From: Maritalea sp.
GTDB lineage: Bacteria > Pseudomonadota > Alphaproteobacteria > Rhizobiales > Devosiaceae
Length of the DNA stretch: 64,000 nt
Assembly (NCBI RefSeq): GCF_051251695.1
Contig: NZ_JBPOEU010000013.1
Location: forward strand, 37,924-101,923
Direction of reading: 5' to 3'
Shown: positions 43,041 through 52,725 of the stretch, one piece after another
Position numbering within the stretch: position 1 is the first letter of the stretch
Layout of the letters: every line of letters begins with the position of its first letter
Program-made: the position numbers and the translations under genes
Notes under the pieces: model-generated
The model's database searches: none
Seen by the model: the letters and a program-made list of their open reading frames with translations, nothing else
Told to the model about the DNA's origin: nothing

Positions 43041-43117
43041 TGGTCGGAGTGGCCAGATTTGAACTGACGACCCTCTGTCCCCCAGACAGATGCGCTACCA
43101 GGCTGCGCTACACCCCG
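43041..43117 (-). tRNA. tRNA-Pro(GGG)
   Basis: Reverse complement CGGGGTGTAGCGCAGCCTGGTAGCGCATCTGTCTGGGGGACAGAGGGTCGTCAGTTCAAATCTGGCCACTCCGACCA folds as a cloverleaf with anticodon GGG, TTC T-loop and encoded CCA. Confidence 0.97.
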
Positions 43118-43256
43118 AACTGACGCTTTGTTATCTAAATTCGTCTGCATGCGCAAGCTGCTCAAACTGCGTTTTTTGCGAAACAGAACAGTTTATCCAA
43201 GTTTGTGGCTTAACAGCCTGCCCAAATTGGGTTAGCCATCCAACTCAAAGGTTGGG

Positions 43257-44252
43257 ATGGACATGAGTTTGATCGAAAATACAGGTATCTCCAGAAGTGG
43301 ATTGACCAAGGCTTTCGATCTTTGGCCCAACCTGCAGAATTCCCGGTTTAAGTTGATCAATCACACTGAAAACGCGACGTTTCTGATCGACATGCCCAAT
43401 GGGCAACGAAAAATTCTGCGCGTTCACCGCCCGGGCTATAATACAAAAAATGCGATCCAGTCGGAGCTGGCTTGGAGCAAAGCATTGCGGGCAGATGAAC
43501 AGATTAAAACACCCGTCGCATTACGCGGTTTGAACAACCAACTTGTTCAAAGCGCCCCGGTAGGTGCTGACGCACAAGAACACTTTATGGTTCTTTTTGA
43601 ATTTGAGGCAGGCGTTGAGCCAAGTCCAGATGATGATCTCGAGAACTCATTTGTTGAGCTAGGCATTTTGGCAGCCAAAGCGCACAATCATTCGCAACAT
43701 TGGGTCAAACCTGCAGGATTTGAGCGGTTGCGATGGTCAGCCAACACCATATTGGATCCAGATGGATTGTGGGGCAACTGGCGCACGGCACCGGGGATGG
43801 TCAGCGACTACAATACCGTTTTTGAACGTGTTGATGTGTTGCTGCGCAAGCGGTTAAGGGCATTCGGTAGTGAAGCCCAGCGATATGGACTGATCCATGC
43901 CGATATGCGGTTGGCCAACCTTTTGATCGATGGGGATCAGATCAAATTGATCGACTTCGACGATTGCGGATTTTGCTGGTTCTTGTACGATTTCGCCGCG
44001 GCTATTTCATTCATCGAAGACAGCCCTCAAGTGCCAAAGCTAAAACAGGCTTGGCTTAAAGGCTATCGCACCCAACGCCAATTGTCTGCCAGTGACGAAG
44101 CAGAAATCGATACGTTTGTCATGCTTAGGCGTATGGCGCTAACGGCTTGGATCGGCTCCCATGCGGAAACCCCTTATGCAAAAAGCTTGGCACGTGACTT
44201 TGTGCCAAGAGGCGCAGCATTGGCGCAAAAGTATCTAGAAAATTTCAGCTAG
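43257..44252 (+). CDS. APH/choline-kinase-like phosphotransferase
   Basis: HTENATF, LRVHR, Brenner-type motif IHADMRLANLL, and LIDFDDCG. Confidence 0.85.
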   Translation: MDMSLIENTGISRSGLTKAFDLWPNLQNSRFKLINHTENATFLIDMPNGQRKILRVHRPGYNTKNAIQSELAWSKALRADEQIKTPVALRGLNNQLVQSAPVGADAQEHFMVLFEFEAGVEPSPDDDLENSFVELGILAAKAHNHSQHWVKPAGFERLRWSANTILDPDGLWGNWRTAPGMVSDYNTVFERVDVLLRKRLRAFGSEAQRYGLIHADMRLANLLIDGDQIKLIDFDDCGFCWFLYDFAAAISFIEDSPQVPKLKQAWLKGYRTQRQLSASDEAEIDTFVMLRRMALTAWIGSHAETPYAKSLARDFVPRGAALAQKYLENFS

Positions 44253-44253
44253 T

Positions 44254-45513
44254 TTACGGGAGACGTCGGATGTTGCGTTGGCCAGCATAAACGTCGTAAC
44301 CCGCTGAAATACCCCAAATCATGCCCATAATCAAAAACAGATGCCGCCAATGGTCAATGTCAATAATGGCTGCCTCCAAAATCAAAGGCAAAAATGTCGC
44401 GAAGGCAGGGATCATCAACAAGCGGTTGGGTGAGGGGATCGCAAGCGACGCGACTGCACGCCAAAGCGTCATCAAAATTAGCCACACAAACGCACCACCG
44501 CCGAGCCATCCATAATCAAGGAAAACCTTAAGATAAGTGTTGTGCGGTTGCTCATTCACCAAAAGGTTGCCGAATTGCCAGGGCCCAAGCCCCAGTGGAT
44601 TGTTGAGCGCCAGTCCGTAGCCCCACGCCTGACGGGCGAAACGACCTGTCTCCCCGCTATCATAGCTTTGCACCAGCGTCGCGCGCTGTGTGAACAACTC
44701 CGCGACGCTTGGGATCATCAGCAGCCCCAAAATGGATAAAACCAAGAGAAAAACACCAAGAAGCGCTAGGCCGATCATGCGCAGTTTTTCACGCGCCGTC
44801 GCTTCCAGTGCAAAATTCAAAACGAATACAATCGCCAGTGTGAGCAACAAGTGCGCCCAAGCACCTCGAGAAAAAGACACAAATACGCCAACAAAGATGA
44901 TCCCCAACAGGATTGCGTTGCCAATCATCTTTAAAGGATTGTTGAGCAAAATGCGTTGAACCAAATACGCAGCAGGCAGTATCAAAAAGGGTCCAAATAC
45001 GTTCGGGTCCTTAAACAATGCCTTTGCCCGCCCATATCGTAAAAAGAAGTCCTTGCCAGGCAACAAGCCGAGATAGGCTAAAGTGCCGAGCAGCGCTGTA
45101 AACACGGCAGCAACAATGTATGCCTTTACAATCAAGCTGGTGCGTTCAAATGGCTTTTCTGCAATAAAGTTGGCGACAAAATACCCGGTCAGCAGAAGAA
45201 AAACGGTAACGACCGTAAACATCAAACCTTTATCCAGCGTAGAGTATTTCATCTGCAGGATGGCCACAAAAGCTGGCGGAATGAACAACAGAACGGCAAA
45301 CAAATAGTTATTGGTGCGCCGGCTTATGGGTAATCCTGCGATCAAAGCTAGGCCGAAGACAGCAACAAACAAAAGTTCGTAAGGCGAAGGTTCAAAGAAC
45401 ACAAAAGCGCCGCCCACAATCCACACAGGCACCAGCATAAGCATTAAGCGGTGGGCAATTGCCGCACCGCTAACTTTAACGCCTTGATGTCCGAAGTCAG
45501 ATTGAACTGCCAT
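44254..45513 (-). CDS. O-antigen ligase/Wzy-like polymerase (UppF-like)
   Basis: Multi-TM; RA...FKDPNVFG, SFSRGAW and PHNTYL motifs. Confidence 0.82.
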   Translation of the reverse strand: MAVQSDFGHQGVKVSGAAIAHRLMLMLVPVWIVGGAFVFFEPSPYELLFVAVFGLALIAGLPISRRTNNYLFAVLLFIPPAFVAILQMKYSTLDKGLMFTVVTVFLLLTGYFVANFIAEKPFERTSLIVKAYIVAAVFTALLGTLAYLGLLPGKDFFLRYGRAKALFKDPNVFGPFLILPAAYLVQRILLNNPLKMIGNAILLGIIFVGVFVSFSRGAWAHLLLTLAIVFVLNFALEATAREKLRMIGLALLGVFLLVLSILGLLMIPSVAELFTQRATLVQSYDSGETGRFARQAWGYGLALNNPLGLGPWQFGNLLVNEQPHNTYLKVFLDYGWLGGGAFVWLILMTLWRAVASLAIPSPNRLLMIPAFATFLPLILEAAIIDIDHWRHLFLIMGMIWGISAGYDVYAGQRNIRRLP

Positions 45514-45525
45514 AAGAAATCCGAG

Positions 45526-47046
45526 TTAGTATGCGCCTTCATTCTTGCTGACCAACGAAATCGGCGTCATCAGTAGGATGTACAAATCAAGGAAAATCGA
45601 CCAGTTTTCAATGTAGTAGAGGTCGTGGTTGACTCGATGCATGATCTTATCAACCGTATCAGTTTCACCACGCCAGCCGTTAATTTGCGCCCAACCGGTA
45701 ATTCCAGGCTTCACCCGATGCCGCGCGAAATAGCCGTCGACCGCATCATGATAAAGGCGATCTTCGGCTTTTGCCTGTAAGGCGTGTGGACGTGGCCCAC
45801 AAATTGAAAGTTCCCCACGCAACACATTCAAAAACTGGGGCAGCTCGTCAATCGATGTTTTGCGGATAAACTTGCCGACCTTAGTGACACGAGGGTCATC
45901 TTTTGTGACCAGCTTACTGGCTTGTGCATCCGCACTCTCTGTGCGCATGGAGCGAAACTTATAAATTTCGATCAGCTCATTGTTGAAGCCGTGACGTTTT
46001 TGCTTGAAGAAGATAGGGCCCTTGCTATCCAGCTTGATCGCAATTGCGGTCAACAACATGATTGGTGAAAACACCACCAATGCGACCGCCGCAACCACCA
46101 TGTCAAAAATCCACTTGGCGACGATGTTCCAGTCTGAAATTGGTTTGTCCGCCATATCAAAGACCGGCACATCACCAAGAAAAGAATAGGCGCGGGATTT
46201 GAACTTAAGCTTGCTCATGTGCGCGCTCAAACGAATATCCACGGGTAAAACCCAAAGCTGCTTAAGCATATGCAAAACGCGGGTTTCTGCAGAAACGGGC
46301 AGGGACACGATCACCAAATCAATGCGGGTCAACCGTGCAAACTCTACGAGGTCAGTCACTTTGCCAAGTTTTGGGCAGTCAGCAACGAGTTCAGGGGAAC
46401 GTTTGTCTGCCCGGTCGTCAAATAGGCCAAATAGTTCAATATCGTTATGGGCTGAGTTTTTGATGCCATTGATCAACACCTCAGCTTCTGGGCCACCGCC
46501 CACAAGCACGGTTCGTCTTTTTAATCGGCCTGCTTTGGTCCACTGCAATATCAAACTGCGTACCGCCATGCGGTAAAAAACCAAGGTTGCGGCACCTGTC
46601 GTCAGCCAGATCAAAATCCAGGCCCGTGAAAAATACTCACTGAGTTTTAGCAAAAATATCGCGGCAACCAGCAACACAATGGCAGATGCCCATACGGCTA
46701 AAGCTCGGCCAACTTGGGTCAGTGTTGTGCGGTATTTCTGTATCGAATGGTTTTTGACAAGGTTTTGCCCGAAAAGCGAAATCCCAGATGCTGCCAAGCT
46801 AAGTGTAAGATAATGAAATAAATCACCATCCTTCACATATGCGAAATAAATCGCCAAACCTAAGACGGCTATCAATAGGAATTCAATTGATTGAACAACG
46901 CCAACAATGATCTTGCTCGACATAGCGCGATCAACTGGTTGAGCAGCAATTTCCTTCGCCCGTTTAGATAGCGAACTCTCCGCAACGGCTTGCTGGCGCT
47001 CACTTAACATTTCAGCGACAACTTCTTTGGGATCAATTCGATACAT
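45526..47046 (-). CDS. uppE: Undecaprenyl-phosphate glucose phosphotransferase (WcaJ/UppE type)
   Basis: KWIFD, DSKGPIFFKQKR.G, FRSM, DDPRVT.VG.FIRKTSIDELPQ..NVL and KPGITGWAQING motifs. Confidence 0.88.
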   Translation of the reverse strand: MYRIDPKEVVAEMLSERQQAVAESSLSKRAKEIAAQPVDRAMSSKIIVGVVQSIEFLLIAVLGLAIYFAYVKDGDLFHYLTLSLAASGISLFGQNLVKNHSIQKYRTTLTQVGRALAVWASAIVLLVAAIFLLKLSEYFSRAWILIWLTTGAATLVFYRMAVRSLILQWTKAGRLKRRTVLVGGGPEAEVLINGIKNSAHNDIELFGLFDDRADKRSPELVADCPKLGKVTDLVEFARLTRIDLVIVSLPVSAETRVLHMLKQLWVLPVDIRLSAHMSKLKFKSRAYSFLGDVPVFDMADKPISDWNIVAKWIFDMVVAAVALVVFSPIMLLTAIAIKLDSKGPIFFKQKRHGFNNELIEIYKFRSMRTESADAQASKLVTKDDPRVTKVGKFIRKTSIDELPQFLNVLRGELSICGPRPHALQAKAEDRLYHDAVDGYFARHRVKPGITGWAQINGWRGETDTVDKIMHRVNHDLYYIENWSIFLDLYILLMTPISLVSKNEGAY

Positions 47047-47135
47047 TTGCGGTTCCTGCGAAAATTCGAGTTATTCAAGAATTACAATATCTTAAAGGCG
47101 TGAAAGTGAGGTGAAGTATCAGGGTTAATGATTTG

Positions 47136-48248
47136 CTATCGTTCAAAATATTTAGCAGTAATTTCACCAGCCATTTTATCAATCACGAAGTTTGAGCGAA
47201 CATGGTCGAACAATGCGTTGCGGTGTTTTTGTTGTTGGCTGGAGTTAGCCAGTGATTGGATCATTTTGCCCCTTAGCGCGTCGACATCGGCTGCCGGGAT
47301 AAGTTGAGCCTTCTCCGGGCCATATATTTCACCAATTCCACCTACATCAGTCGCGATGACATGTTTGCCAGCAGCCACAGCTTCCATCACGATATAGGGC
47401 AGGGATTCTTTGAGCGATGGCACTATGACGATGTCAGCGCTTGCAAACCCGTTTTTTGCTGGCTGGGGCCCAACGAACTTTGCGCTATCATTGAGCCCAA
47501 GTTCGCCTGCAAGTTGTTCAAATTGAGCGCGATGTGGACCATCGCCAATAAGCAACAGTTTGGCTTGCACGCCTTGTGCAGTTTTTACGCCCTTTAAAGC
47601 GTGCAACAAATATTCAACGCCTTTTAGATCTCGCATTTCGCCCACGAAAACAAAATCATACGCGTCAGATGAGGGGATAGGCGTGAATTCTGTACTGGAC
47701 AGCCCGTTGTGAATGACACTGCCAATTTCACCAACATCGCCGATTTGCGCTTTGTAGGTGTTTTGTGCGTATGAACTTTCGAAAATGATGTGATCACTTA
47801 GAGGGATAAGACGCTTTTCCAAAAAATGAAAAATGCGACCAGCCATTGAGGTTTGAGAAAAATGCAACGCTCCGCCATGTGGCGTATAGATCTTTTTGAC
47901 TTTAGGTTTGTTCCACCCAGCCAAACGAGCGTGAAATCCACCTTTGGCACCATGACCATGCACAACATCTATTTGGTGTTGCGCGAATAACTTGCTTATC
48001 TTAAAGGGCGCCAGCAGGTCTTGAGGTCCGAAAAGCCTAGGAATGGCTATGGGGTGAATGCCGAGCTTTAAGCGCGGCGAAATTTGAGCCAGCTTCAATT
48101 CGGTTTCGCTGTCATAGGAAAGGGCATCCACAACAATGCCCACCTGATGGCCATTTTCATCCAACTGCGTTGCCAAATCGCACACATGGCGAAACAATCC
48201 GCCCACAGGCGCTCGCAAAACTTGCAATACGCGCAATGACTTATCCAT
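47136..48248 (-). CDS. GT4 glycosyltransferase (UppD-like)
   Basis: VGGLFRHV, VHGHGAKGG and the EX7E motif PSLKESLPYIVMEA. Confidence 0.88.
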   Translation of the reverse strand: MDKSLRVLQVLRAPVGGLFRHVCDLATQLDENGHQVGIVVDALSYDSETELKLAQISPRLKLGIHPIAIPRLFGPQDLLAPFKISKLFAQHQIDVVHGHGAKGGFHARLAGWNKPKVKKIYTPHGGALHFSQTSMAGRIFHFLEKRLIPLSDHIIFESSYAQNTYKAQIGDVGEIGSVIHNGLSSTEFTPIPSSDAYDFVFVGEMRDLKGVEYLLHALKGVKTAQGVQAKLLLIGDGPHRAQFEQLAGELGLNDSAKFVGPQPAKNGFASADIVIVPSLKESLPYIVMEAVAAGKHVIATDVGGIGEIYGPEKAQLIPAADVDALRGKMIQSLANSSQQQKHRNALFDHVRSNFVIDKMAGEITAKYFER

Positions 48249-48274
48249 GTTTTCAGATTCCGATTATGAGCGAC

Positions 48275-48844
48275 TTATAACCAGCGCTCGTGAACAACAA
48301 TTGTGTCGCCGGGTTGCACTGGCGTATCCAATGATGCGCGCATTTGCGTAGTACCGGTCTTGGTGCGGCGATAGATGGTGACAGAGTTTTTTGACGCAGT
48401 GTCACTGAAACCACCGGCTGTGCTGATCGCAGCACGTACACTCATCCCGAAAATGAACGGAAATTGTCCGGAGGTTTTCACTTCGCCTTGAATGAAGAAC
48501 GGTCGGTACTGCGCAACTTCAACGGCAACATTAGGATCGCGTAAATAGCCAGCGGCCAGTCGTGCGGTAATCAATGTGGCTGCTTGGCTAACGGATTTGC
48601 CACGTGCATAAACGCGTCCAACAAGCGGCATGGAAATGTAGCCGGCATCGTCAATACCATATTGGCTTGTTAGTTGCGCATCGTTGTAAACAGTCACGCG
48701 CAAAACGTCGCCAGTATCCAATAGGTATGAAGCCCCAGCGTTTGAATAAACACCTGGATCGTCACTTGTTGAAACGCGAGATGTGGCTGCACATCCAGAA
48801 AGAAACAAGACAACCAACAAAAACGCAGGACGCAACAATGGCAT
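48275..48844 (-). CDS. uppC: Polysaccharide export lipoprotein (Wza/OPX, UppC-like)
   Basis: Lipobox LSGC; YLLDTGDVLRVTV, G.ISMPLVG and PGDTIVV.ERW motifs. Confidence 0.85.
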   Translation of the reverse strand: MPLLRPAFLLVVLFLSGCAATSRVSTSDDPGVYSNAGASYLLDTGDVLRVTVYNDAQLTSQYGIDDAGYISMPLVGRVYARGKSVSQAATLITARLAAGYLRDPNVAVEVAQYRPFFIQGEVKTSGQFPFIFGMSVRAAISTAGGFSDTASKNSVTIYRRTKTGTTQMRASLDTPVQPGDTIVVHERWL

Positions 48845-49038
48845 AACAATGACCTTTAAGAATCGACTACTGACCTTCTTATGAGGGGCTTATGGTTAAT
48901 TTTCAGGAAAAATGCAGAGCATAGCTGTTTGGCTGTCCGCATTGCACATCTGCAACCAAAGCGAAAATTAACTGAATTCTTACTATACGTAGGCGAAAAG
49001 GGGACGGAATACTTTTTCGACCGCGAAGGAATCGTTGC

Positions 49039-51291
49039 ATGACCCAGAACGGGGCTAAGAGCTACGAAGACGTACAACTTAACATCCACCAGCTTTTTGG
49101 TGCGATTTGGCGTGCATTACCGCGGATTGTGATCATCACGGCAATTCTATGCGCTTTGACCTTTGTGATCACCTCCTTGATGACCAAGGAATATACATCC
49201 AACGCGAGTGTTCTTTTAGAGCCCAGAAGTGACAGCTTTGCGCAAAGTTCAGGCGCACGCACAAACCCGACGAACCAGTCTGCTGTTGATAATGCAGCGA
49301 TTGCCAGTCAAATCCAGTTGCTTAAGTCGCGCGAAACATTGCTCCGTGTTGTTGATGATCTTGATCTAAGATCAAATCCAGAATTTTTGGGCAAGGGTGC
49401 TGGACCATTAGACTTAGTGTTCGCGCTATTCTCGATTGGCGGAAGCAACGCCGATGCGCCGAGTTCTTCGCTCGACAATAAAATCATTGCCAAGATTTCC
49501 AGTAAATTGGTTGCCGCTCAAGCGCGCGATAGCCGGGTTATTTCGATTAAGTTTTCATCGACTGATCCAAAAATTGCGGCTGATGTCGCTAACGCCTTGG
49601 CTAAGGCATTGGTCAACCGTCGCTCAGACCTTGCGATCTCGGATACGTCTGACGCAACCAAATGGTTGGATCAAGAAATTAAGAGTTTAGGCATAGATGT
49701 TGTAAACGCCGAGAATAGGGTCGCCAATTTCCGGGTGGAAAATGATCTTTTCCGCTCAACGCGCGACACAACACTAATTGGTCAGCAATTGTCAGACCTT
49801 TCGCGCCAAATTAGTACCGTGTCTGAACGGAAGAATTCGGCAGCCACTAGATCACGCCTGATCCGCAATTTGTTGCGCGGCGGTCAAAGTTTAGAATCTG
49901 TTCCAGATGTACGCCAATCACCAGTTATTCAGCGCATGTCTCAGCAAAAGGCCAACTTTCAGGCGTCGCGTGCGCAATCTGCTGCGACCTTGTTGAGCAA
50001 TCACCCCACTTTGCAAGCGCTTGATGCTCAGATTGTCGATATCGACCAGCAAATACAAAGAGAAGGTCGTCGAATTGCAGAATCGCTGGATACGCAGGCT
50101 CAAATTGAAGGTGAGTTGGAAAAGTCACTTCGCGATGACCTAGTGCGATTGAAACTCACAGCTTCGGGTGCAGAACGAAGCGGTGTGACACTTGCTGAGC
50201 TAGAGCGAGAAGCAAGCGCAAAACGTAATTTGTTGAACACCTTCCTAGCGCGCCAGAGCGAAGCTACAGCAAGGACCAATACTGGCGCCATCTTCCCTGA
50301 CGTTCGTATTATCTCGACGGCATCAGCGCCAAGCAAACCGTCTTGGCCAAATAAGCCGCTTCTATTGATTCTCGTGGCTTCGATTTCAGTTGTTTTGCAA
50401 TTGGGCATGGTGATCATTTCAGAACTCGCCGCTGGAAATGTAATCACGGTGCGTCATGAGTTGGAAGATGACGAGCTGCAGCAAGCGGAATATGCGCAAG
50501 CAGCGCCAATTGTCGCTCAACCTCAAACCGAACAGGCCCAAGCTGCGCAATCCCATGTGGAGCAGCCTCCAGCACTTGAGCCAAAATATGTACCGCAAGA
50601 CATACATGAAGAAATTCATGATATGGAAAATGATGAATTGCAAGATATGGCACCAGTCGTTGCGGCCGCACCGATTGCGCCTGCCGAACCTACCGTTCAA
50701 GCACGGGCCAACATAAGTGGGCAGGCAAACCTTCCGGCAATAGCAAATGGCTCCATGTCCGCATTGGCTGCGCAAATCATAGCCAATCGCGAGAGCACTA
50801 TACTTGTAACAAACGCTGCGCCAACCCGCACAGACAGTGTGGTTGCCGATGAGCTGTTGCAATATCTTGCCCAAAACGGACGAACTGCAATTGTTGTGAA
50901 TGCTGGCGGACCAGACCAATTACGCATGGCCGGGTTAACCGACATGTGCGTCGGTGACGCTGATTTTGGTTCGATTATTCGTAAAGGCGCGACAGAAGAG
51001 CAATATTACGTGCCATGGGGCACCAAGGACCGACTACATTTTTCAGGTGAACGTTTCACTTTGATGATGGATGCATTGAGCGAAATTTACGATCACGTGA
51101 TCGTCGAATGCGGACGTTTGGGACTAAGTGCGCCTTTGGCTCCGTTTGCGGATTTGGATCCAGCCCTTTTGTTGGTTACAAACACCTCAGATCAGGAACA
51201 GCTTGAAGCGTTGATGGGCGATGTTCGGGCACTCGGCATTCGCAATATCACCTGCATCGAGCAATCCAAAATCCACACTAATGTCGCCTAA
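49039..51291 (+). CDS. Polysaccharide co-polymerase (Wzc/GumC-like) with a degenerate C-terminal kinase-like domain
   Basis: Two TM helices flanking coiled coils; SQIQLLKSRE and P..PS.PNK motifs. No GK[ST] Walker A and no terminal Tyr cluster. Confidence 0.82.
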   Translation: MTQNGAKSYEDVQLNIHQLFGAIWRALPRIVIITAILCALTFVITSLMTKEYTSNASVLLEPRSDSFAQSSGARTNPTNQSAVDNAAIASQIQLLKSRETLLRVVDDLDLRSNPEFLGKGAGPLDLVFALFSIGGSNADAPSSSLDNKIIAKISSKLVAAQARDSRVISIKFSSTDPKIAADVANALAKALVNRRSDLAISDTSDATKWLDQEIKSLGIDVVNAENRVANFRVENDLFRSTRDTTLIGQQLSDLSRQISTVSERKNSAATRSRLIRNLLRGGQSLESVPDVRQSPVIQRMSQQKANFQASRAQSAATLLSNHPTLQALDAQIVDIDQQIQREGRRIAESLDTQAQIEGELEKSLRDDLVRLKLTASGAERSGVTLAELEREASAKRNLLNTFLARQSEATARTNTGAIFPDVRIISTASAPSKPSWPNKPLLLILVASISVVLQLGMVIISELAAGNVITVRHELEDDELQQAEYAQAAPIVAQPQTEQAQAAQSHVEQPPALEPKYVPQDIHEEIHDMENDELQDMAPVVAAAPIAPAEPTVQARANISGQANLPAIANGSMSALAAQIIANRESTILVTNAAPTRTDSVVADELLQYLAQNGRTAIVVNAGGPDQLRMAGLTDMCVGDADFGSIIRKGATEEQYYVPWGTKDRLHFSGERFTLMMDALSEIYDHVIVECGRLGLSAPLAPFADLDPALLLVTNTSDQEQLEALMGDVRALGIRNITCIEQSKIHTNVA

Positions 51292-51308
51292 CCCGACAGG
51301 GGAATATA

Positions 51309-52364
51309 GTGAGCGCCTTGAAATATCACGCAATCCATTTGGCAATGGAAGTCTTCGCGTTGCCCGGTGTGGCTGCTCTTATTCGCCAGTTTTCCGCATC
51401 TAAAGGCATCATTTTTACCTTGCATCGCGTGTTGCCTTCAACGCCTGCGGAATTTTCGCCCAATGCGATCTTGCAGATCACGCCTGATTTTCTTGAACAA
51501 ACGATTTTGCGCTGCCGTCATCTCGGGGTGGATATCGTTGACTTGGATGAAGCTTTGCGACGTCTCAAATCTACAGAAAAAGAAAACCGGTTTGCGGTTT
51601 TTACGTTCGATGATGGGTATAGAGACAATTTACGACACGCCTTGCCAGTTTTGCGCAAACATAATTGCCCGTTCGCCCTGTTCATCGCTCCCAACCTCAC
51701 AAGCGCGACAGCTGAGATTTGGTGGCAGGCGTTAGAAGATATCATTGGAGAAAATGATGAGATTAAGTTTGATCTGGGTGAGGGGGAACAGACTCTAGAA
51801 TCAGTAACGATACCGCAAAAAAACGCAGCGTTTGATCATCTCTATTGGTATATGCGCAATCAGCCTGAAGAGAAGCGATTGGCATTGCTGCACCAGCTGG
51901 CGCATCGATATGGTCTAGATTTAACTCAGCATTGCCGCGCCTTGATCATGGACTGGGAAGAGCTGCAAATATTCGTTGATGAGCCATTATGCACAATCGG
52001 TGCGCATACAATGAATCACCCAGAGCTTGCCAAATTACCCGAACATCAGATGCGCGGTGAGATTTTGCAATCTGTAGAGGTTTTGGGCGAAAAGTTAGGT
52101 AAGAAGCCGTCACACTTCTCCTACCCACTGGGCGGTCCTGCTTCGGCAGCAAAACGTGAATTTGACGCGGTTAAGTCGATGGATATCACGTCAGGGGTCA
52201 CGACGCGCCCGGGTGGACTTTACGCCGAAAACGCACAATTCCCGAACGCATTGCCGCGTGTATCGTTGAATGGCAAATACCAAAAACGCCGATTTTTAGA
52301 TGTGTTTTTAACCGGCGCAATCTTTACCGCGCACAGCGGCATGAAAAAAGTCAATCTTGACTAG
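51309..52364 (+). CDS. Polysaccharide deacetylase (CE4/NodB family)
   Basis: LHRV, TFDDGY, GAHTMNH and FSYP motifs. Confidence 0.88.
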   Translation: MSALKYHAIHLAMEVFALPGVAALIRQFSASKGIIFTLHRVLPSTPAEFSPNAILQITPDFLEQTILRCRHLGVDIVDLDEALRRLKSTEKENRFAVFTFDDGYRDNLRHALPVLRKHNCPFALFIAPNLTSATAEIWWQALEDIIGENDEIKFDLGEGEQTLESVTIPQKNAAFDHLYWYMRNQPEEKRLALLHQLAHRYGLDLTQHCRALIMDWEELQIFVDEPLCTIGAHTMNHPELAKLPEHQMRGEILQSVEVLGEKLGKKPSHFSYPLGGPASAAKREFDAVKSMDITSGVTTRPGGLYAENAQFPNALPRVSLNGKYQKRRFLDVFLTGAIFTAHSGMKKVNLD

Positions 52365-52590
52365 GCGGCAATTCGTGCGGCCGCGCAGACATCCATTTGA
52401 TCGTCCACGCAGCTGGGAAAAACCAACCGGTGCCTACAACAACAAAATAGACCAGCAAAATCAGATTGTGCGCCCCCGTTAGAAACCGCTCATAAATCAA
52501 CATGCCAATCGTTGCATAGACAATGATGATCACGATCATAATTGGAATGCCGAGAAATTTGCGCTGTCGTAAAGTCAATGTAATCCCCAT
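52351..52590 (-). CDS. Small membrane protein (DUF2842-like)
   Basis: RKFLG...Y...Y...G.GW..P...I.WM pattern; two TM helices. Confidence 0.75.
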   Translation of the reverse strand: MGITLTLRQRKFLGIPIMIVIIIVYATIGMLIYERFLTGAHNLILLVYFVVVGTGWFFPAAWTIKWMSARPHELPPSQD

Positions 52591-52612
52591 CTATCCACTT
52601 TGAGTGGCATGT

Positions 52613-52646
52613 ACTGCGTCACTATGAGCCCACTGCGTCATTATGA
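52613..52646. repeat. 15-bp direct repeat in the DUF2842/ctaA divergent promoter
   Basis: ACTGCGTCACTATGA (52613-27) and ACTGCGTCATTATGA (52632-46). Confidence 0.65.
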
Positions 52647-52725
52647 TCGCATGTGATTTCTTGGCGATCCCTTGCAGTTTCGCTTCCAACGATTTATCAC
52701 GAAGTCTATCTCAAGCAAGGGCATA

